This document shows positions 34,671-47,433 of a stretch of DNA of 64,000 bases, one piece after another. Positions within the stretch are counted from its first letter, which is position 1; every line of letters begins with the position of its first letter. The stretch comes from Phyllosticta citribraziliensis. Lineage: Eukaryota. The DNA lies in contig NW_027117345.1 in the NCBI RefSeq assembly GCF_038025025.1, forward strand, positions 496,001-560,000, given 5' to 3'. The notes beneath the pieces were generated by a model. The model saw only the letters and a program-made list of their open reading frames with translations, had not been told where the DNA came from and made no database searches. The position numbers were made by a program, and so were the translations under genes.

Positions 34671-37600
34671 ATGAATCTTGCGCCCGGCATTGTGACCACC
34701 CCGGCTTCGAGCGCAGGGAGCAAAGACGACGGCTCGCGCGCTAGAGAGCTTTACAAATACTTTCTCCCATTCAACGACAGGTCTCCAGCTGCGCGTTCGG
34801 CCTCTACCGGATCAGTCCCCGACAAGGTCTTGACGTCGTTTGCGCAGCTGACAACTTTGCGACTCGACACAGACCGAGCCATCATAAGCCTGATCGACCG
34901 TGACACGCAGTACTTTGTCGCAGAGAGCACGCAAACGCTGGACCTAGAAGATGCAGAGAGCGGAACGACCGTGGCGGACCACATATGGGCTGGAGTAAGC
35001 TCCTTGACTGCACTCACAGGACATTTTGCTGACTGAATATTCCAAAAAGTGCGCCTCGGTTCCCAAGGCTGGCCGACTTTGTGAAAATACAATCCGGTCA
35101 AAATCTTCGAATGGCAAGCCTGCTTGTTACGAAATATTAGATCTCTCGCAGGATGAACGCTTCAACAAGCTACCGTTTGTCCAAGGACCACCGCACTTCC
35201 GTTACTATGTTGGCGTGCCGCTTCGGACCAAAAAGGGAGTCGCCATTGGCTCTCTTTTCGCAATGGACAATCGTCCGCGGGAACCATTGAGCGCCGCGTC
35301 CTTGAAGTGTACGTCTCTACCAAGGGAGGCAAAAGACAGGCTAACGCATGTACAGTTTTGACAACAATGGCAGCCAACGTCATGTCACATCTGGAATTGA
35401 AGCGCGAGAAAGAAGACCGCAAGCGGAGTGTCAACATGAACATGTGTTTGGCGGCCTTTGTCGATCCTGAAAACCACCTACGCAAACGAAAGCGCAACCC
35501 CAGCATCCAATTGGAACACACGCGGTCCAACAGCTCACTGGGTGACTACAAGACCTCGAGGAGCGCAAGAAGCGAGAGCGCCAAGACTAGGAGCCCGGTT
35601 GGGAATGGCAAGGCTCAAAAGATGCCAAAGTCTCCAGCAAAAGGCCCTCAGATGATTCGGAGGTTTGATCGGGAGCGTTCACACACAGAAGATTCCGATG
35701 AATCAGGAGATGATTCCGAGGTTGGGTCCCGCCCAAGGGTGGCAGAAGGAGATCGCCTAGAGACGCTGGAACGGGCTTCGGAATTACTCCTGGAATCGTT
35801 GTCTCTACACAATGGAGGCGGCGTTGTCTTCATGAGTACTGCTGCGGAGCTGCGTCCTGATGGCATTGGAAAGCCTTCCGTTTCGTCCAAGAAGATGCCG
35901 CTGTCCACGCTGCAAGACCTGCAAGATGACAATCCGTCTCCTCGAGATGAGGCACTGGCCGAGTTCATCCAGACTTCTCCAGAGGCCAACGTTAACTCTG
36001 CGAATGCTTCTCTTGATCCGAGCGAGCGGGCCGAAGTTTTGGCTTACTCGGAAGCAACGAGAACGGATGCTCCCAACTCCGACAGTCCATCATTCATACC
36101 ACTGTCGCCCGTGGATCTCGCCAAGCTCATTCGACGTCACATGCGTGGCAAACTGTACAGCTTCGGAGACGACGGCCTAACTCAGGGGTCTTCTGGAGAG
36201 GAGACGCTCTCCAACTTCAATCTGGGACCCCCTGACAGGGGCCGAAAACCCGCCTCCAAGAGTGAAGCTGCTACACTCGCACGGCACTTCCCTGGTGCCC
36301 GACAAATTATTTTCATCCCAATTTGGGACGAGTCCTTGAACAGGTGGACGGCTTGTTTTTGCTATTCGTCGAGCGATTACAGGACCCTAAGTCATTCCCC
36401 GGACTTGACCCACGCAATATCGTTCGGATCCTGCGTGATGACGGAGATTGCCAGACTGGCAACCATTGTCGCAGACCAACAGAAATCAGATTTCATTGGA
36501 AGCATCTCACATGAGTTGCGTTCTCCTCTACACGGTATTCTTGCCTCTTGCGAGTTACTTGACGCCACAGAAACGACGTCATACCAGAAATCCTTGGTTT
36601 CCACCGCGGACAGTTGCGCCAGGACGTTACTGGACACAATCAACATGGTCTTGGATTACTCGAAGATAAACACGTTTGAAAAGAATATCCGAAAAGCCAA
36701 GAAGTCGCGCAACAAGGAGGCTTCGTCTCACGCTGCCAGCTTGATGGCCCAGCCAACCTTCAATATCTACGAAACAGTAGACCTCGCGGCCATTACTGAA
36801 GAGGTGGTTGAAGGTGTCTCCATTGGGCACGTCTTCAAGGACATTGCCAATCTAGAAGCCACGATCCAACGGCTCCCTACCTCTCCTTCTGCCGCCGGGA
36901 AAACCAGCCTTCCACCCATCACTAGATCCCCGGTCGAGGTCATACTCGATATCGAGGCCAGAGACTGGAATTTCATCACGCAGCCAGGGGCACTGCGCCG
37001 AATCACGATGAACCTCCTCGGAAACGCGCTCAAATACACAAAACAGGGCTTCGTCAAGGTGAAGCTCGAGGCCAAAGACCTCAAAAACCAGAGCAACTGC
37101 AAGAACGAGGGCCAGGAGCCTCAAGCCACAAGCATCGTGACCCTGACTGTGTCCGACTCTGGACAAGGCATTACGCCAGAATATCTCAACACGAAGCTGT
37201 TTGTTCCGTTCGCGCAAGAGTCAAATCTGAACCCTGGTGTGGGCCTTGGACTTTCTCTGGTGCGCTCCATCGTCGAAATGCTCAACGGAGAAGTCAACAT
37301 TACTTCCGCCGTTGGAATTGGTACTGAGGTCTTCGTGACGCTTCCTATGGTGAAAGCGACATCAGGACCTGGAACTACAGCCAACTCGACCCCGTCGTCG
37401 GCGCCAGTGTCTGTGTCGTCGGGAGTGAACGAGACGTGTATCAAGACGACCCTGGACGAGGTCAGAGAGCTCAGCAAAGGGAAGACCGTGGCAGTCTACA
37501 TTCCAAGGGATTACCGGATTATCGACGAATTGACGCGAATCTCAGTCGACAGCGTACGAGACACCATAACACACTACATGAAGGAGTGGTATGGGTTCAC

Positions 37601-39011
37601 TCACGTGCTCGACTGGGTGCCCGGAGTCAAAGCAGACCTGGTTGGGTGCGACGAATTTGACTTGCCAGCCCTCCTTCAAGCATATCCAGCCATTCTCAGC
37701 AAAGCCCCTGACGCACCAGCTCTCCTCGTCAGTCGCTCAAACACCCAAAAGCACTCGTTGACCGATAGTCTACTCAAAGACGTCTACACCGAGTACCTCC
37801 CTCACCCGGTGGGCCCGTACAAGCTCAGTCGAGCACTACTCAACGTGCTGGGACATCGAGCTCAGCGCATGGCAGGCGGGAAGAAGGAAGGCCTCGAGAC
37901 TGTCACTGAGCAGTCCATCGAGGAGACACTTTCGGCAGCGGCATCAATCCACCACTTGACCCTGCCACGGGAAGACAACGGGGCCGAGATTCGCGTCCTT
38001 CAACAGGGTGAAATCATCGGCAAAGAAGACAGCATCGCCGCGCAAATGGCGATGGGGACCATACCCGGAGCCCAAACCAACCCCGTCGAGCAGCAGTCCG
38101 AATTCCCCTTCCCCGCCAAAGCCGACGATTCCAACGGTGAGACCAACAAAAACAACAAACCACCCGCCATCGCAACCGAGGGACCACCGCTTCCAGAGCC
38201 CGTATCCTCGCCCAACCGCGCCCCCTCATTCCCGATGCCGACGCCCTCGCCCTACGCCACGCCAGCAGCGACACCAGCGGCAAACGCCCCCTCGCAACGG
38301 CCACCCCGCCTCCTCCTCGTCGACGACAACAAGGTGAACTTGCGCCTCCTGCGCACCTACCTGCTCAAGCGCGACCCGCTGCCGACCGCCTACACGGCGC
38401 AAAACGGCGCCGACGCCGTGTCGCTGTATACGCAGCTCCTGACGCAGCAGAACCCGCCCGCGCCGCCTGAGATCATCTTCATGGACATCAGTATGCCCGT
38501 CCTCAATGGCTTCGACGCTACGAGACAGATTCGCGAAATCGAGGCACGCTGGAATGCTGAGGCGGCGGAGGAGGCGGCGGCGGCAGCAACGATGACAGGC
38601 GGACCATCAGAGTCGTCGTCCACAGCGACAACGCAGGCCTCGACGCCCGCGTCGACACCTCCCACCGCCACCCCACCAGACATGATCACCAACAGCTGCA
38701 AGAAACAGCCCAAACAGCCCATCCCCGCCTCGCTCGTCGTGGCGCTGACCGGCCTCGCCAGCGCGCGCGACCAGAGCGAGGCCTTCGAGGCCGGCGTCGA
38801 CCTGTTCCTCATCAAGCCCGTCAGCTTCCGCGAGGTGGGGCGCTTGCTGGATAATTGGATTGGCAGTGGCGGCAAGGATGTCACGCGCGTTGTCGAGATG
38901 GCGAAGACGAGTGGGGTCACCGCCGCGGCGGGGGCGGGGACTGAGAAGATGAAGGGGTTGGCGAGGAGTGTTGTTGCTGTTGAGAGGGGGAGGGAGAGGA
39001 GGGAGGTGTGA
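34671..39011 (+). CDS. Hybrid sensor histidine kinase (GAF - HisKA - HATPase - receiver); introns about 34995-35049 and 35309-35355
   Basis: GAF FRYYVGVPL; H-box FIGSISHELRSPLHGIL; N-box NLLGNALKYT; G1 VSDSGQGI; G2 GVGLGLSLV; receiver LLVDDN...IFMDISMPVLNG...FLIKPV. Confidence 0.93.
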
Positions 39012-39886
39012 GGGCAAGGGGTGAGGCGTCAGGTGTCGGGCGTGAGGCAAGGGCTCAAGGTTTGGCTGATGTTGAAAAGAGGTGCCGAGAGGAAGGTCCT
39101 GTGCGGTGAACGTTTTCACTCTCTCTGCGCTCCCTCCTATTTCTTTTGCTCGCTCCTTTCCCCTGTGCGGTTGGTCGTTGGTAATCTTTTTCCCGGCGCT
39201 ACCATCAGAATCTTTCACTTTCACGTTGGGCATTGTGGCTATCCACGAATCACGGCTGGGCGGGCGGAACGGACTGGCAGGAGGAAACTTTGAAATACTG
39301 TTGGGCGCTCTCTCTCTCTCTAGCTATCACGCTTTTCTTCGTTTTCTCTTTGTTCTGGCCTTGTCCTTCCCTTTCCCTGTCTATTTATTCTCTTTTTGTG
39401 CGTTCAAAGATCAGCGGCGTTGGAGGCGTTGAGATACCTATCTATTTTCCGTCTACACTTTCCGTCTTTGGCTTCCCTTGCGCTATTATAAATGTCTCAG
39501 ATTGGAGCTGAATGGACCTGAATAAGACGAGATGAATGACGATCGATTCAATCTACGACTTTTGTGTAGTTGGGCAGTGGGTGTTGTGATGTGGCATTTG
39601 AAGGCTCCACGTCACCATCACTCATAGATCTCGAGGAGCCTCTCGAAATTGGGGATTGAGAGAAGTAATACGCGCCTCATTGTCTAACTACCTTAGCATA
39701 CAAATCATTCCAAAGCGTCGGAGAACCCACGACGCAGTGCCTTGCGTCGTCGACCACTTGCCCAATACCCACTCGCTATCCAACCGTCATCCAAACCCGC
39801 CCCTGAAAACCAAGAAACTCCTATCGCAACCTACACGTCTACGCTTCTGGCCCACCCATCAAACATCCCCACCACATCTCCTACCC

Positions 39887-41492
39887 TTACGCCCCATCGT
39901 CCTCAATCTTGCCACCGCCCGCCATCGCGTCTCGCATGAGCGCAATACTCTCGTTGATCGCCGCGCCCTTTCCCCCCGTCCACGCCACGGCGCGCTCCAC
40001 GCCCTTGATGCGATCTCGCACATCCTCGTACCACGGGCGGCTCTGCTGATCCGTGTCGCGCCACAGCGCCAGCAGCTCCTCGGCCTGCAGCACCGCGACG
40101 CGAGCGCGCGACGCCCGCGCCCAGAAAGCGTCGACGGCGGCGTGCGCAGCGGCCATGGCGGCGGGGTCAGGCGGGGACGCAGCGCCGGCACGGAGGCGGG
40201 CGAGCGTCTTGGCCTCATTGGAGAGGGCGGACGAGGAATCGTTCTTGCCGCCATCCGCGAGCTCCTTGTTGTTGTCGTCGGCGGAGGCGGAGCCGCTGCC
40301 CGTGACCTGCGACGAGTAGCTGGACGAGTAGGACGACAGGCCGGCGGCGCCGCGGCCGTGCTTGCGCAGCCACTTGCCGTGCGTCTTCTTGCGGCGGCGC
40401 GACGCCAGCGGGTCCGTCTGCGCCTCGACCTCGTCCAGCACCTCCTTCATCGCCATCCACCGCCGCCCGCCCAGCGTCTCCGGGAACCAGTCCACCAGCC
40501 GCGGCGGCCCCGCGATGCCGCCGATCTCCGCCGCGTCTGCGTCTTCCTCTTCTTTCGCCTTCGCGTCCGCCGAGCCCGGTGAGAGGTCGAAGTTGCCGGC
40601 GAACCACGCGGGGGGCTCGGTGATGGCGCAGCGGAGACCTTCGTTTTTGATCATCTCGTTGAGCGTGAGCGCCATGGCCGAGGCTTCGTCGACGAAGGTG
40701 GGGAAGTTGAGCGGCGTCACGAGCATGCGCGCGATGAAGTGGAATGTCCACCTGTTGATGCGCATGAAGAAGGACGTCGTCGAGAGGGCCGGGAGCGAGG
40801 GGTCCGGCAGCATGGGGTTCGTCGTGTCAAAGGTGCCGACGAAGTAGGTGGACGAGAAGTCGACCACGTATCTGTCGTGCGAGGGGTTGGTCATGTTTGG
40901 GTCTTGGAGCTTGTGGTTGCGCGGCGGGAGGAAGAGGGAGGCCGGGAGGTGCGGGTTGGTGACCACAGTCGACGGCGAGACGAACCTGTAGAGCGTTAGC
41001 CGTTTGCATGGCAGCATCGTCGATGGAAGTGATCTACATAATCCACTCTGCGGGCAACACGCCGTCTTCTGCCTGCTTGTTCAATTCCCGTGCAACAATT
41101 CCCAGCAGCCAGCTCCATTTGCCCCACCACCCCTCGAGCAACTCCTTCCTCAAGACTTCAAACCCATAGCCCCATCTCTCAGCATATCTCTCGTGCGTCT
41201 TCAATGCTCTCTCATACAGCTCATTATCAGGCTCATACTGCACCGACGCCGTGATGACTCTCTCAGTGTCTAGAGGAACTCTCCATTCCTCGCGGTGTCC
41301 GAGAGGATTCTGAAGCTTCGTGTGCGCAGTCTTCCAAAACGACGTCCCACGCAAGTGCGTGACGACGTTGGTCGTGGTCGTTGAGAACTGAGTTTGCGAG
41401 AGAATGGCGCTTCGCAGGAGCGCGAGGAGGCAAAAGACGACGAAGAGGGCAGTGATAAGGATGGCGCGCGTCTGGTGGTAGAGGAGGAGCAT
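39887..41492 (-). CDS. Glycosyltransferase family 34 (GMA12/MNN10)-like type II membrane protein, DxD motif absent; intron 40986-41037
   Basis: N-terminal TM; YERALKTHERYAERWGY, WGKWSWLL..REL, EWIM|FVSPSTVVTNP..P.SLFLPP, FFMRINRWT. Confidence 0.75.
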
Positions 41493-42964
41493 GGTGGTGC
41501 GCTTCCCGGACTTCCGCGAGTACGACGTCGCATTCGCCGCGCAACGCAGCTGCAGCGGGAAAAGAAACGTCGAAATACGATGGCAAGATCGACTCTACCA
41601 AAGAAATCGACGAGCGAAAGGGATATTGAGCAGTTCGAAGCGGAGAGGCAAACGTCAGCGACAAGTGATAACAAACATCACCACTTCGCCATTAAGGGAC
41701 AGTGTTAGCTTTGGAGGGGACAGGTGGTAAAGCTCAGGTACCGCGCGATACGTAAGCCGCCCTGGGCAAACCCATCGGAGCCGTCGCTGTCTGGTCTGCC
41801 CAGCTGTTGGTTAGCTTTTGATTAGACTCCATAGGGACATGCTTGCTCACCCTTGATCTCCCAGCCATCCCGGGCAGAGAGCATCTTCCGGCACGCCGTG
41901 AATCCATGTCGGTTGCTCCGCCTTGCCGACTGGAATGTCGACTGGTACACAGTGACGTACACAAGGAGCAGCCCTACATTCGAGCAACCAGATGCTGCAG
42001 CGGACGAGGCGTAGGGCTTGGTCGATCCTCCGCAAGGGACAGCGCTACTGTGGAGAAGCGCCTTGGGGAAGGGCGCGCTGCGGCGCAGAGGCCAGTTGAC
42101 GGGGCTGTGAGACTTGTTACATGGAGTACCCCTGCCGTGCCAGGAGGACTGCCGCCCTCGTGTTGCAGCAACGGAGCTAAATCTTTGAAACGTGACAGGT
42201 TGACCTCGGCGGGCGCTAAACTTGAAGAAATAGTATGCCGCCTTTCATTGCCCTTCGTGTAGACCATGCGAGACTTTTTGACGGCATGTCAATGGTCAGT
42301 GTAGAGCATTTTCGGGCAGGTCAATCAATTGTTTTTCTCTTGGCCAGTCGATCTGCGTACAGACAAAGAAAGACAAACCTGCGGTGAGGATAGCCTTTTT
42401 GAGGTGATTGGTGGGACAGTGCATGGAAGGGCATTGTCTCATGGTCGTATCGGGAATCATAAATGTCCTCATTCGATAGCAGGAACCAGTAAAGCGCTTG
42501 TCGCTCGTGTAACTCGTGGCCGTTCGGCTCATTCCTTCCTATCGCGACAATGGCATTTAGTAGTATCGCGTTCGAAAGCTCAGCCAAAGTCAAAGCCGGG
42601 GCGGGGAATATGCAAGCAGTCAAGCACCAGACAGATGAGAAGCATTTAAGCACCAAAGCGCCAGACATTGGAGCATCCTCACACCTCAAAGACAAGGCAT
42701 CAAGAAACTCACAGACGGAGACGAGAAGCATTCAAGCCTCTTGACACAGTAAGCTGGTATGATTTCATTTTTGTTCACCAGTCCTCATTCAAGCCGCTGC
42801 CCTCACACAGCGACATTTTCAGGGTCGCCTTGCTGATTTTGTGTATCCAAAACTGTAGGAGATTCGTCTCTGTCCGTCTGTGCCTGAGACATTGAAAGCA
42901 AGTCTCAGACCTCGGCTGGAGAGGAGGCCACGTTACACCTCTCTAGAAGTTGCACACGATGCGT

Positions 42965-44884
42965 CTAGCAGACGCCGTGGGACTTGTCGTGCTTGCCCTG
43001 CAGCGAGTGGTCATCGGTGAAGTGGTTGTTCATGGTCTTGCGGCGGAACGCTCTGGCAGTGTTCTCGCGCAAATGTCTAGTCGAGGGTTAGTGGTTGCCT
43101 CTCAAAGGGAATATAAAAGGACTTACTGCTGGTGCTCCTCAATTCTGTGGGCGTCCATCTTGTCCAGAGTCTCCAGGGCAAGCTTAAAGTCCTGGATCAG
43201 GGCGTCACAACGGTGGCGAGAAAAGTCCTCCCTGACGACGACGCGCATCAACTTGAGCTTCTCGCTGTGGGGCGCCATGGTGTAGGCCGGGACGACCCAG
43301 CCGCGTTCGCGCAGCTGGTGAGCAATGGCAAACTCGTCATAGTGCTTGCCCTTGGCAGGATCGAGGCGGCAGGCAACTAGGGGAAGGCCCTTGCCACCAG
43401 TCTCGGACATGATGGTGAAGCCCAGTTGCTTCAGGGCACTTGCGAGGTAGTCTGAGGTGCGGGTAAGATTCATCATGATCGAACGGAAGCCATGCTTGCC
43501 GAGGCGGATCAACTGGTAATATTGGCCTGGTCAAGTTTTAGCTTGCGGGCAAAACGAGGGGTAGGGGAGGGGGTAGGGGTCAAAGTTGATGCCGATCGAC
43601 GTTGGAAAAAAAGGGGGCCCACGCCACGCGTATGGACCTTTCCTATGTGCTACTCCTGACGTCTTCTTGACACCCACTGTGCGGATATTTGCGACTTACC
43701 GATAATTTGGCTGGCACCACGAGAAAAGTTGAGCGTGAACGAGGCCTGGTCAGCACCCAGGTAGTTGATGTTGAAGATGAGCTCCTTGGGAAGGAACTCG
43801 GGATCGCGCCAGACGACCCAACCCACGCCAGGGTAGACCAGACCGTACTTGTGGCCAGAGACGTTGATGCTCACCACCTTGGGCAGGCGGAAGTCCCACT
43901 CCAACTCGGGCGTCACGAAAGGCGCAACGAATCCTCCAGATGCGGCGTCGACGTGTATCGGGGTGTCAAGACCACGCTCTACCAGCAAGTCGTTGATTCC
44001 CTTGATGTCTTCGTACTGTTGGGGGTCAGTTTTTTTCAATCGCTTTTGTGACAGATTAGGAAACTCACCTCGCCCGTGTAGGTGGTACCGAGGATTGCGC
44101 AGATTCCAATGGTGTTCTCGTCAACGAGGTCGACAGCTTCCTTCGCGTCGATGACGTAGCGGTCCTTGGTGCAAAAGACATACTTTTCTTCGACCTCGAA
44201 GTATCTCGCGGCCTTCTCCCAGCAGACCTGGACGGCAGAGTTCATGATGATGTTGGGCTTGTCAAATGGCTTGCCCTCAGCCTTGCGCTTGTTCTGCCAG
44301 CGCTTCTTCATGGCGAGCACAGCGAGCATGATGGCCTCGGAGGAGCCAATGGTGCTGGTGCCCATGGCATTGCTGTCGTCCTCGTTGGACGGAATGTTGA
44401 AAAGGCGGGCAATCATGCTCACGCAGCGGTTTTGGATGTCTGAAGATCTGTTATTAAAGCCCACTTACCATCAAGATCAATACGTACCAGCGGATTGCGG
44501 GTACTCCTCGTAGTCAATGAAGTTCTTGGAGAAGCTCTCAAGCATGAGTTTTTCGGCCTCCTCCTCCATGTACGTCGTGACAAACGACGCCAGGTTCAAC
44601 GTGGGCGTGCCGTCCAGGGTCAAGTCATCCTTGATCATCCTGTAGGCCACCTCCCTTGGCATTTCTTTCTCGGGCATCTCATGCCTGGGCAAATCCTCGA
44701 CGGCAAACCTGGGCGGTGGTGTTAGACGCTAGTTTTGGTCTTCGGGGGGCGCTGCTTACCTGGAACCGTAGACAGAGGCCGTGATGGTGTCTGGCTCAAG
44801 ATCCCGAAGGTCGAGGCTGCTCATGCCCTCGACCAGGGGCTCCGAGACCATCTTGTCCGTGGGGACGCGAGCTAGGTGGACCAT
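42965..44884 (-). CDS. GAD1: Glutamate decarboxylase (PLP-dependent), about 6 exons
   Basis: [44 protein letters not shown] lysine [26 protein letters not shown]; ends HGVC*. Confidence 0.95.
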
Positions 44885-46029
44885 GGTGAATGATGTAGTG
44901 AAAGCGAGGAGCTAGGGTAGTTGTGGTGATGATAGGATTGCAAGGTGTTCAAGAGTGAGAGTAGTGAGAGAGGAGAGGTTGTGGATGCAAGAGTGATGGA
45001 GGAGGGGGAGCTGAAGAAAAGAAAAGGCCAGGCCAGGGAGCACGGGGGTAGAGGTACAGGCGCGGGTAGGAGCTTGGCGCGGAAAGCTTGGGTGAGCTTG
45101 TTTTCCGGCGACGGTGATAGACCGGGCAGGAGAGGAGCAGCGGCAGACGAAACGTCGTGGAGGGCTGGCAGCCTGTCGCCTGTGTGTTCCGTTCCGTTTG
45201 ACGCGGATGGGGTACGGGGCGTGGCAGTGCAGCCGTAAGGTGACGCGCTGCTGCTGCCCTGATTCCACCGGGGGAACATGCCGTCATGACGCACTTTCGC
45301 GCGCGCGTTCCTGACTACGCGTACTGTTCCGCCATCAAGCCTAGCCAGCCAAAGCCACCCACATCAGCCCTTCAAGAAGCATTCGCACACCTGGCTGCTC
45401 CTGTATCGCCAGTGTTGGCAACGTGGATGGACAGCTCTGGAAGCTTGTAGGTCGTAGGTGGTGGTAGCTCCCAGCTTCTAGCTCCAAGCTCCCTTTCGAA
45501 ACGCCCCACCAGCGCCGATCCACTTCGACTGTGCGACAATTATCTTCCCCCGGCACTGACTTCCGACCCGACTGCCGCAGACACCCGAACTTCTTTTATC
45601 CCTCAAGACCAAGCCCAAGCCCAGCTCCAAACTGCTTCGTATCTTGCGACGCTCCGTTTGCTGTGTGCCGCCCACGACTCGCCAGCAATTTCGAGTGGGG
45701 CCCCATATCTCTCGCAACGACATCGCTAGCTGCGCCACCCGAGGCAGCTTCTGGAGCCACGACCCATTCCATCCTTTTTCAATATCGTCATTTTTCAAAG
45801 CCATTGCAGCAAGACATGAGCGTGAAAGACCATCCTATCCATTTGCTATGGCTTGACAATGGAACTTGTCGTCGGCTGAGCTGACAGCCCTGAGGCCCAA
45901 GGGCCGGCACTGAACTCATTGCTGTGATCCTCCTTTGGGATTGCCATCTCCTCCAACAAACCCCACACCGCTTGTCGTCTGGAGGTCTGTATTCTTTTCA
46001 AGAAACTCTTCAAGTGACATCCCCTGGAA

Positions 46030-47433
46030 CTAGGAGTCAGTCGAGGAAGAGGCCTCGTAGGGAGACTTGACCTCTGGACCACCTTGGTTCCTGCGCAGGA
46101 CCTTCTCCCAAGTCTTCTCAAAATCCGATTGCGTGAGCCTTGCTAAGGCGACTTTTTTCACCAACTTCTCTCCTGGGTTGTCTGGGTTGTCTTCAGCAGC
46201 CCTTTCGTTCGCGATTTGGAAGATTGGCTCGGCCCTGTGCTGGCAGTACTCTGAAAGAGCCTCGGCGTGCAATGGATGAAGAGGCTTCTTGTCTTGACGG
46301 ACGACGAGGACACTGCCACAAGGCATTTGCCACTCGACTGGACACCATCCCCATCCGGCCTTTTCGCCTGGCTTCTCGTTGCAATTGATATGCAAGAAGG
46401 TCGCCTCTTGGTTGGTGCGTTCGAATCTCTGTCTCCAATCGACCTTTGCCTTGTACTTTCGCGTCGAGATAGGTATGCCGATCCGATCAGCAATCTCGGA
46501 GGTCCAACGGTCTCTGCGGAGTTCACCAGTAAAGACTCTATCGGTGACCAATACCCGGACCGCTTCAAACTTTGGCCTGCCGTATTTTTCCACATCACCT
46601 TCGCAGTTAATCCGGACTCCCCATACCGTGTCAGGGCAAGGGCGGTCAATGCGGTAGCTTTCCGCGAGATCGATTGCTTCGTAACTGTCTCCGAAGTTCT
46701 TGAGGTAGTCCTCCCAGTTTGTGTTGTCGGCAGACTTGGCGTCGGTCGACTCCGGATCCTCAAGATGGGTTCCCGCCGAATTGATTCTCCTGCTTCTGAA
46801 ATGGTTCTTGAGCCCGTTCTGATGCTTGGATCTATAAATAGAGAGAAAATCAACGACGTGGCGAAAGTCGGCCATGTCTAGATCGCGGCATTGGTCATCG
46901 TCTTTGAGGCCATGAGTGCTGTACATGACCAGAGGGCCGCGCCAGTCGTAGAACTCGTAGGAGTCGGTAATCGCTCCGACGCAGCGGTTGGGCTTGGAGC
47001 CTTCGGCGAAGAAGTTGGCACGCCACACGAGCCAAATGTTGTTGGAAAGCAAGATGTCTAGCCTCGGATTGTGGTGGATCTGTAGAGTGGAAGAAGGCTC
47101 GCCAAGCTGGGACTCGCCTATACGCGCCTTCCAATTTTCATGTTGAACCCCATCTTCCCGAGGGTGTTCGCCCCGAGGGCAGTGAAGCCAAATCAAGTCC
47201 GGTTTCTCTCTGTCGTCGTGAAGCAGGAAACCGCGAATATGATCAGTGCTAGGTCGGGTCGAATCGTTGAATTCCGAGAATGTTTCGCAGAGCAGCTTAT
47301 GGGTTGGCCAGTCGGCTTTTTGGCACTCGTTCGAGCAGTACCGAATGCCTTTACAGCGTTTGCATTGTCGAGCTTTCTGCTTGCCACACATGGCACAGCA
47401 GTGGGGGAAAATGGCCACAAGGGATCCAGACAT
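46030..47433 (-). CDS. MYND zinc-finger domain protein (intact paralog)
   Basis: CAMC...CKRC...YCSNECQKADWPTHKLLC; WRGP, DLDMADFRHVVD, GSVLVVRQDKKPL. Confidence 0.85.
   Translation of the reverse strand: MSGSLVAIFPHCCAMCGKQKARQCKRCKGIRYCSNECQKADWPTHKLLCETFSEFNDSTRPSTDHIRGFLLHDDREKPDLIWLHCPRGEHPREDGVQHENWKARIGESQLGEPSSTLQIHHNPRLDILLSNNIWLVWRANFFAEGSKPNRCVGAITDSYEFYDWRGPLVMYSTHGLKDDDQCRDLDMADFRHVVDFLSIYRSKHQNGLKNHFRSRRINSAGTHLEDPESTDAKSADNTNWEDYLKNFGDSYEAIDLAESYRIDRPCPDTVWGVRINCEGDVEKYGRPKFEAVRVLVTDRVFTGELRRDRWTSEIADRIGIPISTRKYKAKVDWRQRFERTNQEATFLHINCNEKPGEKAGWGWCPVEWQMPCGSVLVVRQDKKPLHPLHAEALSEYCQHRAEPIFQIANERAAEDNPDNPGEKLVKKVALARLTQSDFEKTWEKVLRRNQGGPEVKSPYEASSSTDS

Noticed and set aside
29858..41492. 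Secondary-metabolite cluster around the PhyH dioxygenase
   Set aside because: No PKS, NRPS or terpene synthase backbone gene or transporter nearby; neighbours are unrelated functions
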